From the IMG/VR virus record IMGVR_UViG_3300017763_003980: DNA of 64,000 bases. One strand, 5' to 3'. The notes under the pieces were generated by a model. It saw only the letters and a program-made list of their open reading frames with translations, did not search any database and had not been told where the DNA came from. Below are positions 36,971-45,806 of the stretch, piece by piece (position 1 is the stretch's first letter; every line of letters starts with the position of its first letter). Origin of the DNA: a virus. Lineage: Duplodnaviria; Caudoviricetes. The translations under genes were made by a program, and so were the position numbers.

Positions 36971-38443
36971 TTATCCTAAACTTATTACCAATTCTAATGC
37001 AATATTTTCAGCATCACCTACTGATATACCAGCTCCAGAACCTGCAACTGATCCCCATTGTCCGTCCCACACTTCTACTCGCTGTTCTTGTGAATTATAT
37101 CTCATCATTCCAATTTCTGTATTTGCAATTGGAGGACGTTGTGCTGATGTTCCTGTAGGAATAACAAATCCTCCAGTGCCTGCAAATTTAACATATCCGT
37201 TGCCTGTACTAGCTAGTGTAAATATACCGTCTGTTACTGTATTTGTTATTGTTTGATCTTTGAATGCTAGTGCATTATCAAATACTACACTACCAGTTCC
37301 ATTTGCATCTAATACTAAATTAGTATTTCCAGATGCTGTAGTAATTGTATTACCATCAATTATAATATCATCTACAGTTACTTTTGGTACCGAAAATCTT
37401 GCACTTGTTAAATCTGCTACAGTAGATCCTGCAATATTAAATCTTATTGTGTTGTCGTTTGCTCCAGGTGTTAGCTCTGCTGTAATATTAGTATCACCAT
37501 CTAAATCTTGTACACCATTAAGCACAATCCAATTAGTTCCATTATAACCTTCAAAACTATTTGTGTCGCTGTTATATCTAACTTTACCTGCTGCTGCTGT
37601 TGGTCTTTGAGCAGTTGTTCCTACAGGAAGCTTTAACGACCCAGTTCCTGTTATTTCAACATTACCATTTCCTGGGGAAAGTGTTAAGTCTCCAGTGCTT
37701 GTAATCGTAGAATCTTTAAAACTTAAATTGTCAATTACTATGCTACCTGTACCATTAGCTCTTAATTCTAAGTTAGCATTTGAAACAGAAGTTTGAATAT
37801 AGTTTGCATATATTTGCACATCTCCTATATTACTATTATTAGCAGTTACATCGTTTAAGTAGGCATTATTCCATTTCTTTGTAGCAGAACCTAACGTATA
37901 TGTATTATTAACATCTGGAATAATATTACTTGCAATATCAGCATTAAATGTTACATTGTCTGTGTCAGCATCGCCGATAGTAATATTACCATTTGCAGTA
38001 ATATTTCCTGTTGCAGTAATATTTCCGTATACGTTTGTGTCGCCTTGAATTTCTACACTACCTGTTCCGTTAGGAGCAAATTCTATATTTGCATTAGAAT
38101 CATTAGTAGAAATAATATTATTAGTAATATCAATTGAATCAATTGTTAGTCTTTTATTATAAACAACATTGTCTGCTGTTCCTAATACTAGTGTAGGATC
38201 TGTTGTACTAATAGTGTTGCCACTAAACTGCACCGTGCCAAAAGTACTTGTGCCACTTACTTGCAATCCGGGGGTTCTTGTTGTTCCTGTTACGTCTAAA
38301 TCGTATTGAGGCGATGCGTTGTTTATTCCGACGCGGCTGTTATTTACATCTAGATATAGTAAGTTCGTCTCAAAAGCTAAATCCACACCTTCACGAAGCA
38401 GGTTTGCTTTTAAGAGCGGACCACTTATGCGACCAATAGCCAT
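36971..38443 (-). CDS. Tail fibre-like structural protein (paralog of 38581-40041)
   Basis: MAIGRISG..LK.NL.R N-terminus and two PxGTxAQRP...RYN modules. Confidence 0.6.
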   Translation of the reverse strand: MAIGRISGPLLKANLLREGVDLAFETNLLYLDVNNSRVGINNASPQYDLDVTGTTRTPGLQVSGTSTFGTVQFSGNTISTTDPTLVLGTADNVVYNKRLTIDSIDITNNIISTNDSNANIEFAPNGTGSVEIQGDTNVYGNITATGNITANGNITIGDADTDNVTFNADIASNIIPDVNNTYTLGSATKKWNNAYLNDVTANNSNIGDVQIYANYIQTSVSNANLELRANGTGSIVIDNLSFKDSTITSTGDLTLSPGNGNVEITGTGSLKLPVGTTAQRPTAAAGKVRYNSDTNSFEGYNGTNWIVLNGVQDLDGDTNITAELTPGANDNTIRFNIAGSTVADLTSARFSVPKVTVDDIIIDGNTITTASGNTNLVLDANGTGSVVFDNALAFKDQTITNTVTDGIFTLASTGNGYVKFAGTGGFVIPTGTSAQRPPIANTEIGMMRYNSQEQRVEVWDGQWGSVAGSGAGISVGDAENIALELVISLG

Positions 38444-38580
38444 CTCTTCTCCTCAGTACGGGGATCCTGTCCCTCTAGCCCAATTCTCATCCTTACGGCT
38501 CTTTGCTGGCTAACCACAGTTTGACCCTGCAAGTATTGGTCATACGTTGCATTAATAGTATTTAGCGAAAATTGGATTTA

Positions 38581-40041
38581 TTAACCTAGTATAATAGTAT
38601 ATTGGAGGGCTAATTCGTTCATTTCATCATCAGTAAGAGTACCACCTGTACCTGCTGATTGTGTGTATGATGATCCAGTAAATGTTTCAAGTGTTTCACT
38701 ATCTGTATTCCACCTAGTATCACCTATCTCAGGAGTCGGCCATCTATTAGAGTTATTACCAAAAGGAATAACCATTGCATGTGTTCCTGAGACTTTGTCG
38801 TATCCGTATCCAGTAGGTATAAAAGTTAGTGCAGTGTCAACTGGCCATGTAATATTTTGTCCATCAAATGTAAGTGTGTCTATTGTAACATTACCAGTGC
38901 CGTTGGGATTGAGTAATAAATTTGTATCTGTAGTTGTTGTCGATAAAACATTAGTATTAAAATTAATATCGTCAACCTGCAATCCTGTTAAGTTTGCACC
39001 TGTACTATCTATCGATCCTGATGCTATAGAATTAGCTGTAAAATTTAAAGTATTGTTAGTAGGATGAGCTACTAAACTAGTTAATCCATTTTCAGCGTAT
39101 ACACCACCTAATGGCATATATCCTGTATTTGCTCTTCCTTCAAATAAATTCCAATAATTATTAAATCTTAATCCACCAGTGGTAGTAGGTCTTTCTCCAT
39201 TACTGCCAGATGGTAATTTTATTGCTTGTGTAGAATTAACTACTAGCTCACCTGATGTTGTTAAACCTAATGTTCCTGGAGTACTAAGCGTAGCATTTTC
39301 TATTTGTACAAACTCTAGATCAACTTTCTTTCCGTTTACATTGTGTCTAAGATTTAAATTCAAATCACTTGCATAAGTTTGTATAACATTTGTATCTATT
39401 TTAAGGCCGCCAGTATCTAAAGATGCACTATTTAAATCTGTGGTATGTATGTTGTTCCATCGTTTGCTCCATGTACCTAGATTAGATACATCATTTACAT
39501 CTGGCATAAGATTACTGTTTACGTCACTTGTAAATGTTACAGTATCATTATCATCATCGCCTAAAACTAAATCGCCACCAAATGTAATATCTCCTGTTGC
39601 ATGTATATTACCATCTGAATTCCAGTCAGAATATATTTCAATAGTACCTGTGCCGTTAGGTGTTAAGTTTATATTTGAATTTGATAAGGATCTAAATGTG
39701 TTAAAGTTAACTCTTAAATTATCAGTAAGAAGACCTGAAAGGAATACATTACTTCCTCCGCTTAAATTAATATCTCCACTATTTTGATATATTCTGTTTG
39801 TGTCAAGAGTCCAGTTTTGTACGTTAGCATTATCTGATATTAAGTTTGTACTAACTAATGGAGTTGGGATATCTAATGAATAAGTTGCCGCTGGAGATTC
39901 TGTATTAATACCTACCCTTGAGTTAACAACATCAAGGTGAAGTAGTGCGGTAGACCCGCTTGTATTTTTAAAATTTAAGTTTGATCCGTTACGTTCTAAG
40001 TTATCTTTAAGAACGCCACCGCCAATTCTACCCAGTGCCAT
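38581..40041 (-). CDS. Tail fibre-like structural protein
   Basis: MALGRIGG..LK.NL.R and LPSGSNGERP...LRFN; same architecture as 36971-38443. Confidence 0.6.
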   Translation of the reverse strand: MALGRIGGGVLKDNLERNGSNLNFKNTSGSTALLHLDVVNSRVGINTESPAATYSLDIPTPLVSTNLISDNANVQNWTLDTNRIYQNSGDINLSGGSNVFLSGLLTDNLRVNFNTFRSLSNSNINLTPNGTGTIEIYSDWNSDGNIHATGDITFGGDLVLGDDDNDTVTFTSDVNSNLMPDVNDVSNLGTWSKRWNNIHTTDLNSASLDTGGLKIDTNVIQTYASDLNLNLRHNVNGKKVDLEFVQIENATLSTPGTLGLTTSGELVVNSTQAIKLPSGSNGERPTTTGGLRFNNYWNLFEGRANTGYMPLGGVYAENGLTSLVAHPTNNTLNFTANSIASGSIDSTGANLTGLQVDDINFNTNVLSTTTTDTNLLLNPNGTGNVTIDTLTFDGQNITWPVDTALTFIPTGYGYDKVSGTHAMVIPFGNNSNRWPTPEIGDTRWNTDSETLETFTGSSYTQSAGTGGTLTDDEMNELALQYTIILG

Positions 40042-40070
40042 TACTGTCTCCTATACTATATTTATAGGAA

Positions 40071-40592
40071 TTACTTGTCGAAGTTATGTAGTACTGTGAT
40101 GGGTTTTCCTGTAGGCACAGGCGTACTGAAAACAATATACCAACCTGCGGCATATGGTGTGTTTGGTCCTGAACTCGGATTTTGTACTAGTGTATAGTTT
40201 GTTGTAGAAATTTGGAAAACATTTTCAACAAGCACAATTACACTTTGAGCACTAGCAGGTGTCGGATATTCTGTATCTCCTGAATTTAAAAGACCAAATG
40301 TAGTTTCTGTGCCGTCACCGACACCTAAGTTTTGTTGCGTTATTCCAACAGGATTAGGTTCGTTGTATCTTAAATTTTTCCAAGCACCATTTTCGTATAC
40401 TTCAAATTCGTTATTATCAGTATTATATCTCAGCTGTGCATTAGCAGGAGTGCTTGGACGCTCTGCAGTAGTACCGCTTGGTACTACAATTGCTTTTGTG
40501 CCGTCAATAATACCTAAGCCTGCTGTGGTAAACTTTACACTAGCACCTTGTATATTTCTTGCATTCAAAGTTTGTTGCTTTAAAAAACGCAT
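40071..40592 (-). CDS. Small structural protein with a PSGTTAERP module
   Basis: VPSGTTAERP...LRYNTDNNEFEVY, shared with the 36971 and 38581 proteins. Confidence 0.6.
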   Translation of the reverse strand: MRFLKQQTLNARNIQGASVKFTTAGLGIIDGTKAIVVPSGTTAERPSTPANAQLRYNTDNNEFEVYENGAWKNLRYNEPNPVGITQQNLGVGDGTETTFGLLNSGDTEYPTPASAQSVIVLVENVFQISTTNYTLVQNPSSGPNTPYAAGWYIVFSTPVPTGKPITVLHNFDK

Positions 40593-40958
40593 TTATACTT
40601 CCAAAAAGCTTACTGTAGCAGATAAAGTAGTATTTCCAGAACCTGCATCAGGTGATCCAATTAACACAATTTTATCACCTTCATCTAAAACTATTTTTTC
40701 TGAATCAAATGTAAAAGTTTCTTTTGCTGGTAAAGTTAAATCATGTAGTACTCTTGTTACAGAGTTAGATAATGGTGATCCGCTTTTTACTAGATGCATA
40801 TCAACAGTAGCATCAGTAGTGGTGCTATTGTTACAAATTAAAATATTTGTAATTGCATATGTTTTTCCTGTTGGAACTGCACCAGCTGGCGAACCTACAC
40901 CAGTTGGATCTAGTATTTCAGTGTTGGTTGTTTTTATTTGTGCTGATATAATTGCCAT
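40593..40958 (-). CDS. Small virion connector-like protein
   Basis: AITNILICN...L..KETF...EKIVL..GD...ATVSFLEV; paralog of 26229 and 36637. Confidence 0.55.
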   Translation of the reverse strand: MAIISAQIKTTNTEILDPTGVGSPAGAVPTGKTYAITNILICNNSTTTDATVDMHLVKSGSPLSNSVTRVLHDLTLPAKETFTFDSEKIVLDEGDKIVLIGSPDAGSGNTTLSATVSFLEV

Positions 40959-40966
40959 GTTTTTTC

Positions 40967-41926
40967 CTAAAATAGCATACTGTAAAGTATGCTTCTATTT
41001 TTACTTATCAGTTCGTCTCTTGTTCCTTGTGAATTTACGAAGAACATACCGGTCTGTCCATACGATTCAGTTTGTATATAAAGCTTATTACCATCTGCTG
41101 GCTGAGTTGGAACATGAATTGCTTGTCTTATATGCAAAGTATCATCAATTTGCACTACTCCTGTACCTGGAGAACTAATAATCATGTCTTGATTACTAGT
41201 TGTAGTTTCAATTATTGTTCCGCCTATCCTAACTTCAGGTAATTCAAATCTATCTTCGAATAGCTTTGCATTTGCTTGCCCGTCAATATTAAAATCAATA
41301 ACACTTGGTGAGCCAGATACATCAGTATCTGCAATAACAATAGCAGTTTGCGTACCAACATTACCTTGACCAATTGTTGAGATATTAACTGTATTAAATG
41401 CATTTGATATTGTATCATCAACATATTTCTTGTTAGGTAAATCGTCATCGTCTGTAACTTGATTTTCATAATTTACAGTGCCTGTGACACTTACAGTACC
41501 TGTACCGGAGTTAATTAAATATAAATCTCCGCCGCCTGTATTAATATTATTTGTTCTAATACCTATAAGGGCATTATTGGCATCTTTAAAAACAAATCCG
41601 CCTGTTTTGGTAGTACTTGTAACAGGATCACTCCAAGTAATATTTTCATTAAATGTCATTAATGCATTAACAAGTGTTCCACGATCCATTTCTAGACCGG
41701 AATCATCTAAAGTGATCCCGGGTCCAGTTTCTCCAGAATTTAATGTTAATATATTATCTTTGATATCTAAATTTTGAGAAGTAACAGTAGTAGTTGATCC
41801 TGATACTGTTAGATTACCAGTAATGATAACATTACCTTGTTGGAATCCAGTATCAAGCGTTATTGCACCGCCTGGCTGTACAACAACGTTATAGTCTCCT
41901 GTTGCTACCTTGAGATATTTAGACAT
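40967..41926 (-). CDS. Putative baseplate wedge / fibre structural protein
   Basis: GNLTVSGSTTTV....L.IKDNI+.LN..E fibre-like motif; in the tail operon. Confidence 0.55.
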   Translation of the reverse strand: MSKYLKVATGDYNVVVQPGGAITLDTGFQQGNVIITGNLTVSGSTTTVTSQNLDIKDNILTLNSGETGPGITLDDSGLEMDRGTLVNALMTFNENITWSDPVTSTTKTGGFVFKDANNALIGIRTNNINTGGGDLYLINSGTGTVSVTGTVNYENQVTDDDDLPNKKYVDDTISNAFNTVNISTIGQGNVGTQTAIVIADTDVSGSPSVIDFNIDGQANAKLFEDRFELPEVRIGGTIIETTTSNQDMIISSPGTGVVQIDDTLHIRQAIHVPTQPADGNKLYIQTESYGQTGMFFVNSQGTRDELISKNRSILYSMLF

Positions 41927-41949
41927 TAATATTATTCCTTATTAATATC

Positions 41950-42399
41950 TTATGCGTCTTCAGTGAAGTCTGTATCGTCAGTACCTGATTTAGTATCATC
42001 ATCACCAGCTTCTTCAACTTGTACTGCACCGTCTGCGCCTGCAACTGTAAAGTTCCAAGAAATACTTGTACCGTCTAGTGCGTTTGAACCAGTAGCTGAA
42101 GGTTGCTTTACAGTAACTTTTCTACCTGCAATTTTAGAAACACCGTATGTTTCATCATCATCACCTTTTACAGAAATTGTCATTTCTGTGCCAGTAAGTG
42201 CAGCTGGTAGTTTACCAGTTACAAGTGTGCGATCATAGCTTCCGCCATCTTCTGTTGCACGTACTCTAAACTTCTTGCTACCAAGTTGTTTTACAATATG
42301 TCCTTCAACAACTGCTGATCCGTCATGAAAGTTAACTTTAATTTCGTTTCCGCTTGCTGTTGGTGTTCCGAAAAATCTTTTATTAATTGGTCTTCCCAT
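41950..42399 (-). CDS. Hypothetical virion protein
   Basis: Strong AAGGAG RBS and its own late promoter; 149 aa. Confidence 0.65.
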   Translation of the reverse strand: MGRPINKRFFGTPTASGNEIKVNFHDGSAVVEGHIVKQLGSKKFRVRATEDGGSYDRTLVTGKLPAALTGTEMTISVKGDDDETYGVSKIAGRKVTVKQPSATGSNALDGTSISWNFTVAGADGAVQVEEAGDDDTKSGTDDTDFTEDA

Positions 42400-42486
42400 T
42401 TGTTTTCTCCTTAATAAGTTGACGTTCTAGGTCTACGGGGTTGGTTCCCCATAAGTCCTCATCTAGAGGACATCCTCTTGACATAG

Positions 42487-42494
42487 TATTTATC
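42487..42494 (-). promoter_or_regulatory. Late promoter GATAAATA followed by a leader with two hairpins
   Basis: Motif about 90 nt upstream of ATG 42399; stems GTCCTC/GAGGAC and TATGGGG/CCCCGTA in the leader. Confidence 0.6.
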
Positions 42495-42503
42495 ATTAGT
42501 AAC

Positions 42504-42535
42504 AAAAGAAAAAGGCCCGCTTGTGGCGAGCCTTT
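42504..42535 (-). terminator. Intrinsic terminator
   Basis: AAAGGCTCGC-CACAA-GCGGGCCTTT followed by TTCTTTT; fully paired (with G-U) only on the minus strand. Confidence 0.8.
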
Positions 42536-42753
42536 TAATATAAGGTGATAGGTTGGACTTCAGAATACCAACAACCTAGGCTTACAGTCTGTCTGATAAT
42601 ACCTAAGCACCTCGCATCGAAAAGTTACTTTCAAAACCTGCATCTTCGTGTCTCCACGCTCATACAGTGCCACTACAGCTACGAGTCAAGTTCAGGACCT
42701 GCCATCCCTCTTCCTTGCACTATCGTAAGTTAAACCGTCATCTAACTTACTGT
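42504..42753 (-). ncRNA. Candidate structured ncRNA of about 250 nt, family not recognised
   Basis: Bounded by a sigma70 promoter and a terminator, with no ORF over 27 aa on the sense strand. Stems at 42725-42750, 42647-42658 (GAGA tetraloop) and 42549-42578. Confidence 0.5.
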
Positions 42754-42757
42754 ATAC

Positions 42758-42785
42758 ATAATAGCATCTTTGTAGTAGTTGTCAA
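42758..42785 (-). promoter_or_regulatory. sigma70-type promoter
   Basis: TTGACA (42785-42780), 16-nt spacer, TATTAT (42763-42758). Confidence 0.7.
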
Positions 42786-42803
42786 CCACTTTTTTAAAAA
42801 AAA

Positions 42804-42837
42804 GTCAAAAAAATAGGCCCCCTAAAGGACCTATTTT
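42804..42837 (-). terminator. Intrinsic terminator after the major capsid gene
   Basis: AAAATAGGTCC/GGGCCTATTTT stem followed by a T run. Confidence 0.8.
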
Positions 42838-42862
42838 AATCTCGTATATTACTAAAGTAATA

Positions 42863-44038
42863 TTAGCTAAAGCTAACGTTACCTGAAGTAATAGCAACAG
42901 CGCCGAGGTAATCAGCAGCGTTACCAAGAGACGAAGCAGTATTTGATAATTCAATATACCCGTATCTTGTCATAAAGCTTACTGTTGGCTCAAATGTGGA
43001 CGGATCCAGCACAACGCCTGAGCTCATTAGCGGAATGTATGGGCAATAGAATGCTGCCGCATCTGATTCGCTTGAACCTTTATAACCAACAAGTACGTTA
43101 GCATTGTCAGCTGCATATGTGTTTACATATACTTTCATAGCGTTGTTCAAAGTACCAACCATCTTAGTGTTAGTTGGAGCTTCGAATGAACCTTCAGTTG
43201 TTCTTGCGAACGCTGAAGTTGTAGCACTCTGCAGAATTGTAAGTGCAAATGGACTTACAACTGCCCAGTTACCTGCGCCTCTACGTGTACGCTGAGCGAT
43301 CTGGTTTGATACTCTGTTAATTTGAACAGCTAAAGCAGCATGCTCGTCACCAACAAAAGTAGCAGTACCTGATACAGCAGCTTGGTCATATGTTTGACCT
43401 GCTGAGCCAGCTAGTGTGTTTAAGCTTGCAAGTACCTCTTGATCAATTTCAGCGGTAATTTCTTGTGCTAAAGCAGCCATAATTTCTGCTTCAACGTCAA
43501 TACCGTGCATTGATTGAGCGTCTTGAGCCGCTTCAAAAGTCCAGCGAGCTGATAGCTTTCTGGTTTTTGCTTCGACTGTTTGCTTTAAGATTTGGATTGA
43601 TAACTTGTTACCAGCCGCACCTTCAAGTACTGCTGTGTTATCAGCTTTACCTGTTGAAGTGTTACCGGAATAAGCTTCCGCAATCTTAAATGGTGAAAGT
43701 GCTTCTTCACCAGCAGTAGCGCCTGAAGCGCCTGAGCCTGCTGTATCAGAGTAGCGTACTCTCAATGTGTGGATTTGACCCACAGGACCAGTCATAGGCT
43801 GAACACCAACTAATTCGTTAGCAATAACGGTTGGCATTACACGTCTGATGACGGGTAGGATAACTCTGTTAAGAGTTGCGACATTACCGGCGGATGTTGT
43901 TCCTGCTACAGCTGTCTCAGACAAATACTTGCGAGTATTTTCTAAGGTAGTAGCCATAACGCCTTTTTTGTTGCCTTGAAGGCCTTCCAAAAGTGCAGTT
44001 TTCGTATCCTGCCAGCGACTTTCTAGTAGTTCTGACAT
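42863..44038 (-). CDS. g23: Major capsid protein (T4 gp23-like)
   Basis: RRVMPTVIANELVGVQPMTGPVGQI, VEAKTRKLSARWTFEAAQD, FYCPYIPL, FMTRYG. Confidence 0.95.
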   Translation of the reverse strand: MSELLESRWQDTKTALLEGLQGNKKGVMATTLENTRKYLSETAVAGTTSAGNVATLNRVILPVIRRVMPTVIANELVGVQPMTGPVGQIHTLRVRYSDTAGSGASGATAGEEALSPFKIAEAYSGNTSTGKADNTAVLEGAAGNKLSIQILKQTVEAKTRKLSARWTFEAAQDAQSMHGIDVEAEIMAALAQEITAEIDQEVLASLNTLAGSAGQTYDQAAVSGTATFVGDEHAALAVQINRVSNQIAQRTRRGAGNWAVVSPFALTILQSATTSAFARTTEGSFEAPTNTKMVGTLNNAMKVYVNTYAADNANVLVGYKGSSESDAAAFYCPYIPLMSSGVVLDPSTFEPTVSFMTRYGYIELSNTASSLGNAADYLGAVAITSGNVSFS

Positions 44039-44048
44039 AATTATCTCC

Positions 44049-45152
44049 TTAATTTAAACCAGCTAAACGCTTCATAGTAATAACATTGCTATTACTCTCT
44101 GCGTCAGCTTGCTGTGAACTAACGTTAGTGTTTTCTCTATTGCCTGTAATTTCGGTGCCTTCTGTGAGTGTTGCCTTCTTAGCTGGAGTATTACCGTCGA
44201 TAACCGCTGGTAGGTACTTATCAAACTGAGCTTTTAACCTATTAGTTTGAACTGATTCCAGTAAATCAATCATAATTTCACGCTGATCTTTAGCCAAAGG
44301 CTGGATCAAATCGTTAATTAAGTCTTTTCTTTGCGTTGATTCAACAATACGCTTCTTTTCAGTAGCTGTTGATTCTGCAATTTCTTTTGCTTTCTTTGCA
44401 AATGCTTTTGCTTCGTCAAGTTGCTTGTTTTTTACATCAATAACTTTCAAAAGTTTAGCAGTTTCTGAATTTTCATTTAGGTAGCTAGTACCATATTCAG
44501 AAGCAAAGCTTTCAAAGATTTTACGACCAAAGTCGTTTTTACGTGCAGTGTCAATATCTTCTTTGAGTTGATTAATCTCTGTTTTAAGAGCTTTGTCAAC
44601 TGTTTCAGATACTGCTGTTGCACCTCTTTCGATAAAGTCTGATTTGACTTTAGCAAAGTGTTTCTTAGCTTCACGTACAAGTTTAACCTTGGTTTCTGCT
44701 AAGTCTTTCTTATCTTCTTGGAACTCGGATATTTCACCCGCTAAAGCTTCTACTACAAACTCTTCAAGTTTAGCATAGTTTTCTGCCATTACTTTCTTGT
44801 CTGCATGTAGGTCTTTAATTTCGCTTGCTAATTGTTCAGCAACAAAACCCTTGAGTAAGTTTGCATTCTCACGTTGTGCAACAGCATATTTTGCTTTTGC
44901 TTCTGCAAGTTGTTTGCGATCATCTGCAAACTCTGCAATCTCTGCTTGAAGGCGCTCGGAAAGCATAGAGTCGATAGCTTCGACCATAGTCTCTTTATCG
45001 TGCTCATACTTTGTAGCAAATTCTTCACGTAACTCAGCAGTTGCCTGCATTTTGTTCTCCTGAATTTTTGCATTCCATGCTTCTTCAATCTCAGCCTTAA
45101 TTTCGGATGATACCACGTCATTTTCAAAAAGTGTTTTTAGTGCATCTATCAT
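44049..45152 (-). CDS. g22: Prohead scaffolding protein (T4 gp22-like)
   Basis: Coiled-coil, E/K/A-rich; lies between the protease and capsid genes. Confidence 0.8.
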   Translation of the reverse strand: MIDALKTLFENDVVSSEIKAEIEEAWNAKIQENKMQATAELREEFATKYEHDKETMVEAIDSMLSERLQAEIAEFADDRKQLAEAKAKYAVAQRENANLLKGFVAEQLASEIKDLHADKKVMAENYAKLEEFVVEALAGEISEFQEDKKDLAETKVKLVREAKKHFAKVKSDFIERGATAVSETVDKALKTEINQLKEDIDTARKNDFGRKIFESFASEYGTSYLNENSETAKLLKVIDVKNKQLDEAKAFAKKAKEIAESTATEKKRIVESTQRKDLINDLIQPLAKDQREIMIDLLESVQTNRLKAQFDKYLPAVIDGNTPAKKATLTEGTEITGNRENTNVSSQQADAESNSNVITMKRLAGLN

Positions 45153-45168
45153 ACCATTGTCTCCTAGT

Positions 45169-45792
45169 TTATTGGAGTTTACTGATTATGTTAATCAGTG
45201 ATTCCTTAAGATACTTTTGTGCCTTTACGTCATGTTTTGTTGCCTGTGCAAATTCGTATGCCTTCATCCCACCACGTGCATTCATTAGATGCTCGTATAT
45301 TGGTGTAGGATATGCACCAGGGGCGCTGGGCTGAGCCACAACGTCCACAGTGATAATTTCAAAGTCGGAAACTTCGCCGCTTCCGTCTTCCATTACGTTA
45401 CCAGAGCCCCTACTGGAAACACCTAGTTTAACTCCGCTTTCAAGCATTGTTTTAACTAAGTTTCCCATAGGAGTTGGTAATATTTTTAGTTTGCCATAGC
45501 CATTGTCACCATCCATCCACGTTTCCGTGATCATATGGCTTACACGATCTATGTTAATGTTAAGTCCTTCAGGATGATCAACTTCACCGAGAACTGAATA
45601 TCCTCCAGTAATTTGATCGTTGAGAGTTTTGACAGCCCTGCCGATTTCGGATACAGGATACACTCGCTGATTAGCATTTCTAATACCGCCTTGGATAATA
45701 ATTCCCTTCATATAAAGGTCTTTACCCTCGTTAGCGTTTTCGAGTACTACATTAGCTTGGTCGAATGTCAAATTCTCTTGTAAATTAATCAT
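45169..45792 (-). CDS. g21: Prohead protease (T4 gp21-like)
   Basis: NANQRVYP, GEVDHP, VSH, GVSSRGSG, DVVAQPSAPGAY. Confidence 0.92.
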   Translation of the reverse strand: MINLQENLTFDQANVVLENANEGKDLYMKGIIIQGGIRNANQRVYPVSEIGRAVKTLNDQITGGYSVLGEVDHPEGLNINIDRVSHMITETWMDGDNGYGKLKILPTPMGNLVKTMLESGVKLGVSSRGSGNVMEDGSGEVSDFEIITVDVVAQPSAPGAYPTPIYEHLMNARGGMKAYEFAQATKHDVKAQKYLKESLINIISKLQ

Positions 45793-45806
45793 CAAAATTC
45801 CTTAAC

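Noticed and set aside
40309-41178. 289-aa plus-strand ORF
   Set aside because: It is an antisense shadow over three consecutive minus-strand genes, with no motif and no RBS/promoter context.
42545-42733. 62-aa plus-strand ORF
   Set aside because: It is antisense to a promoter-terminator unit on the minus strand, with no RBS.
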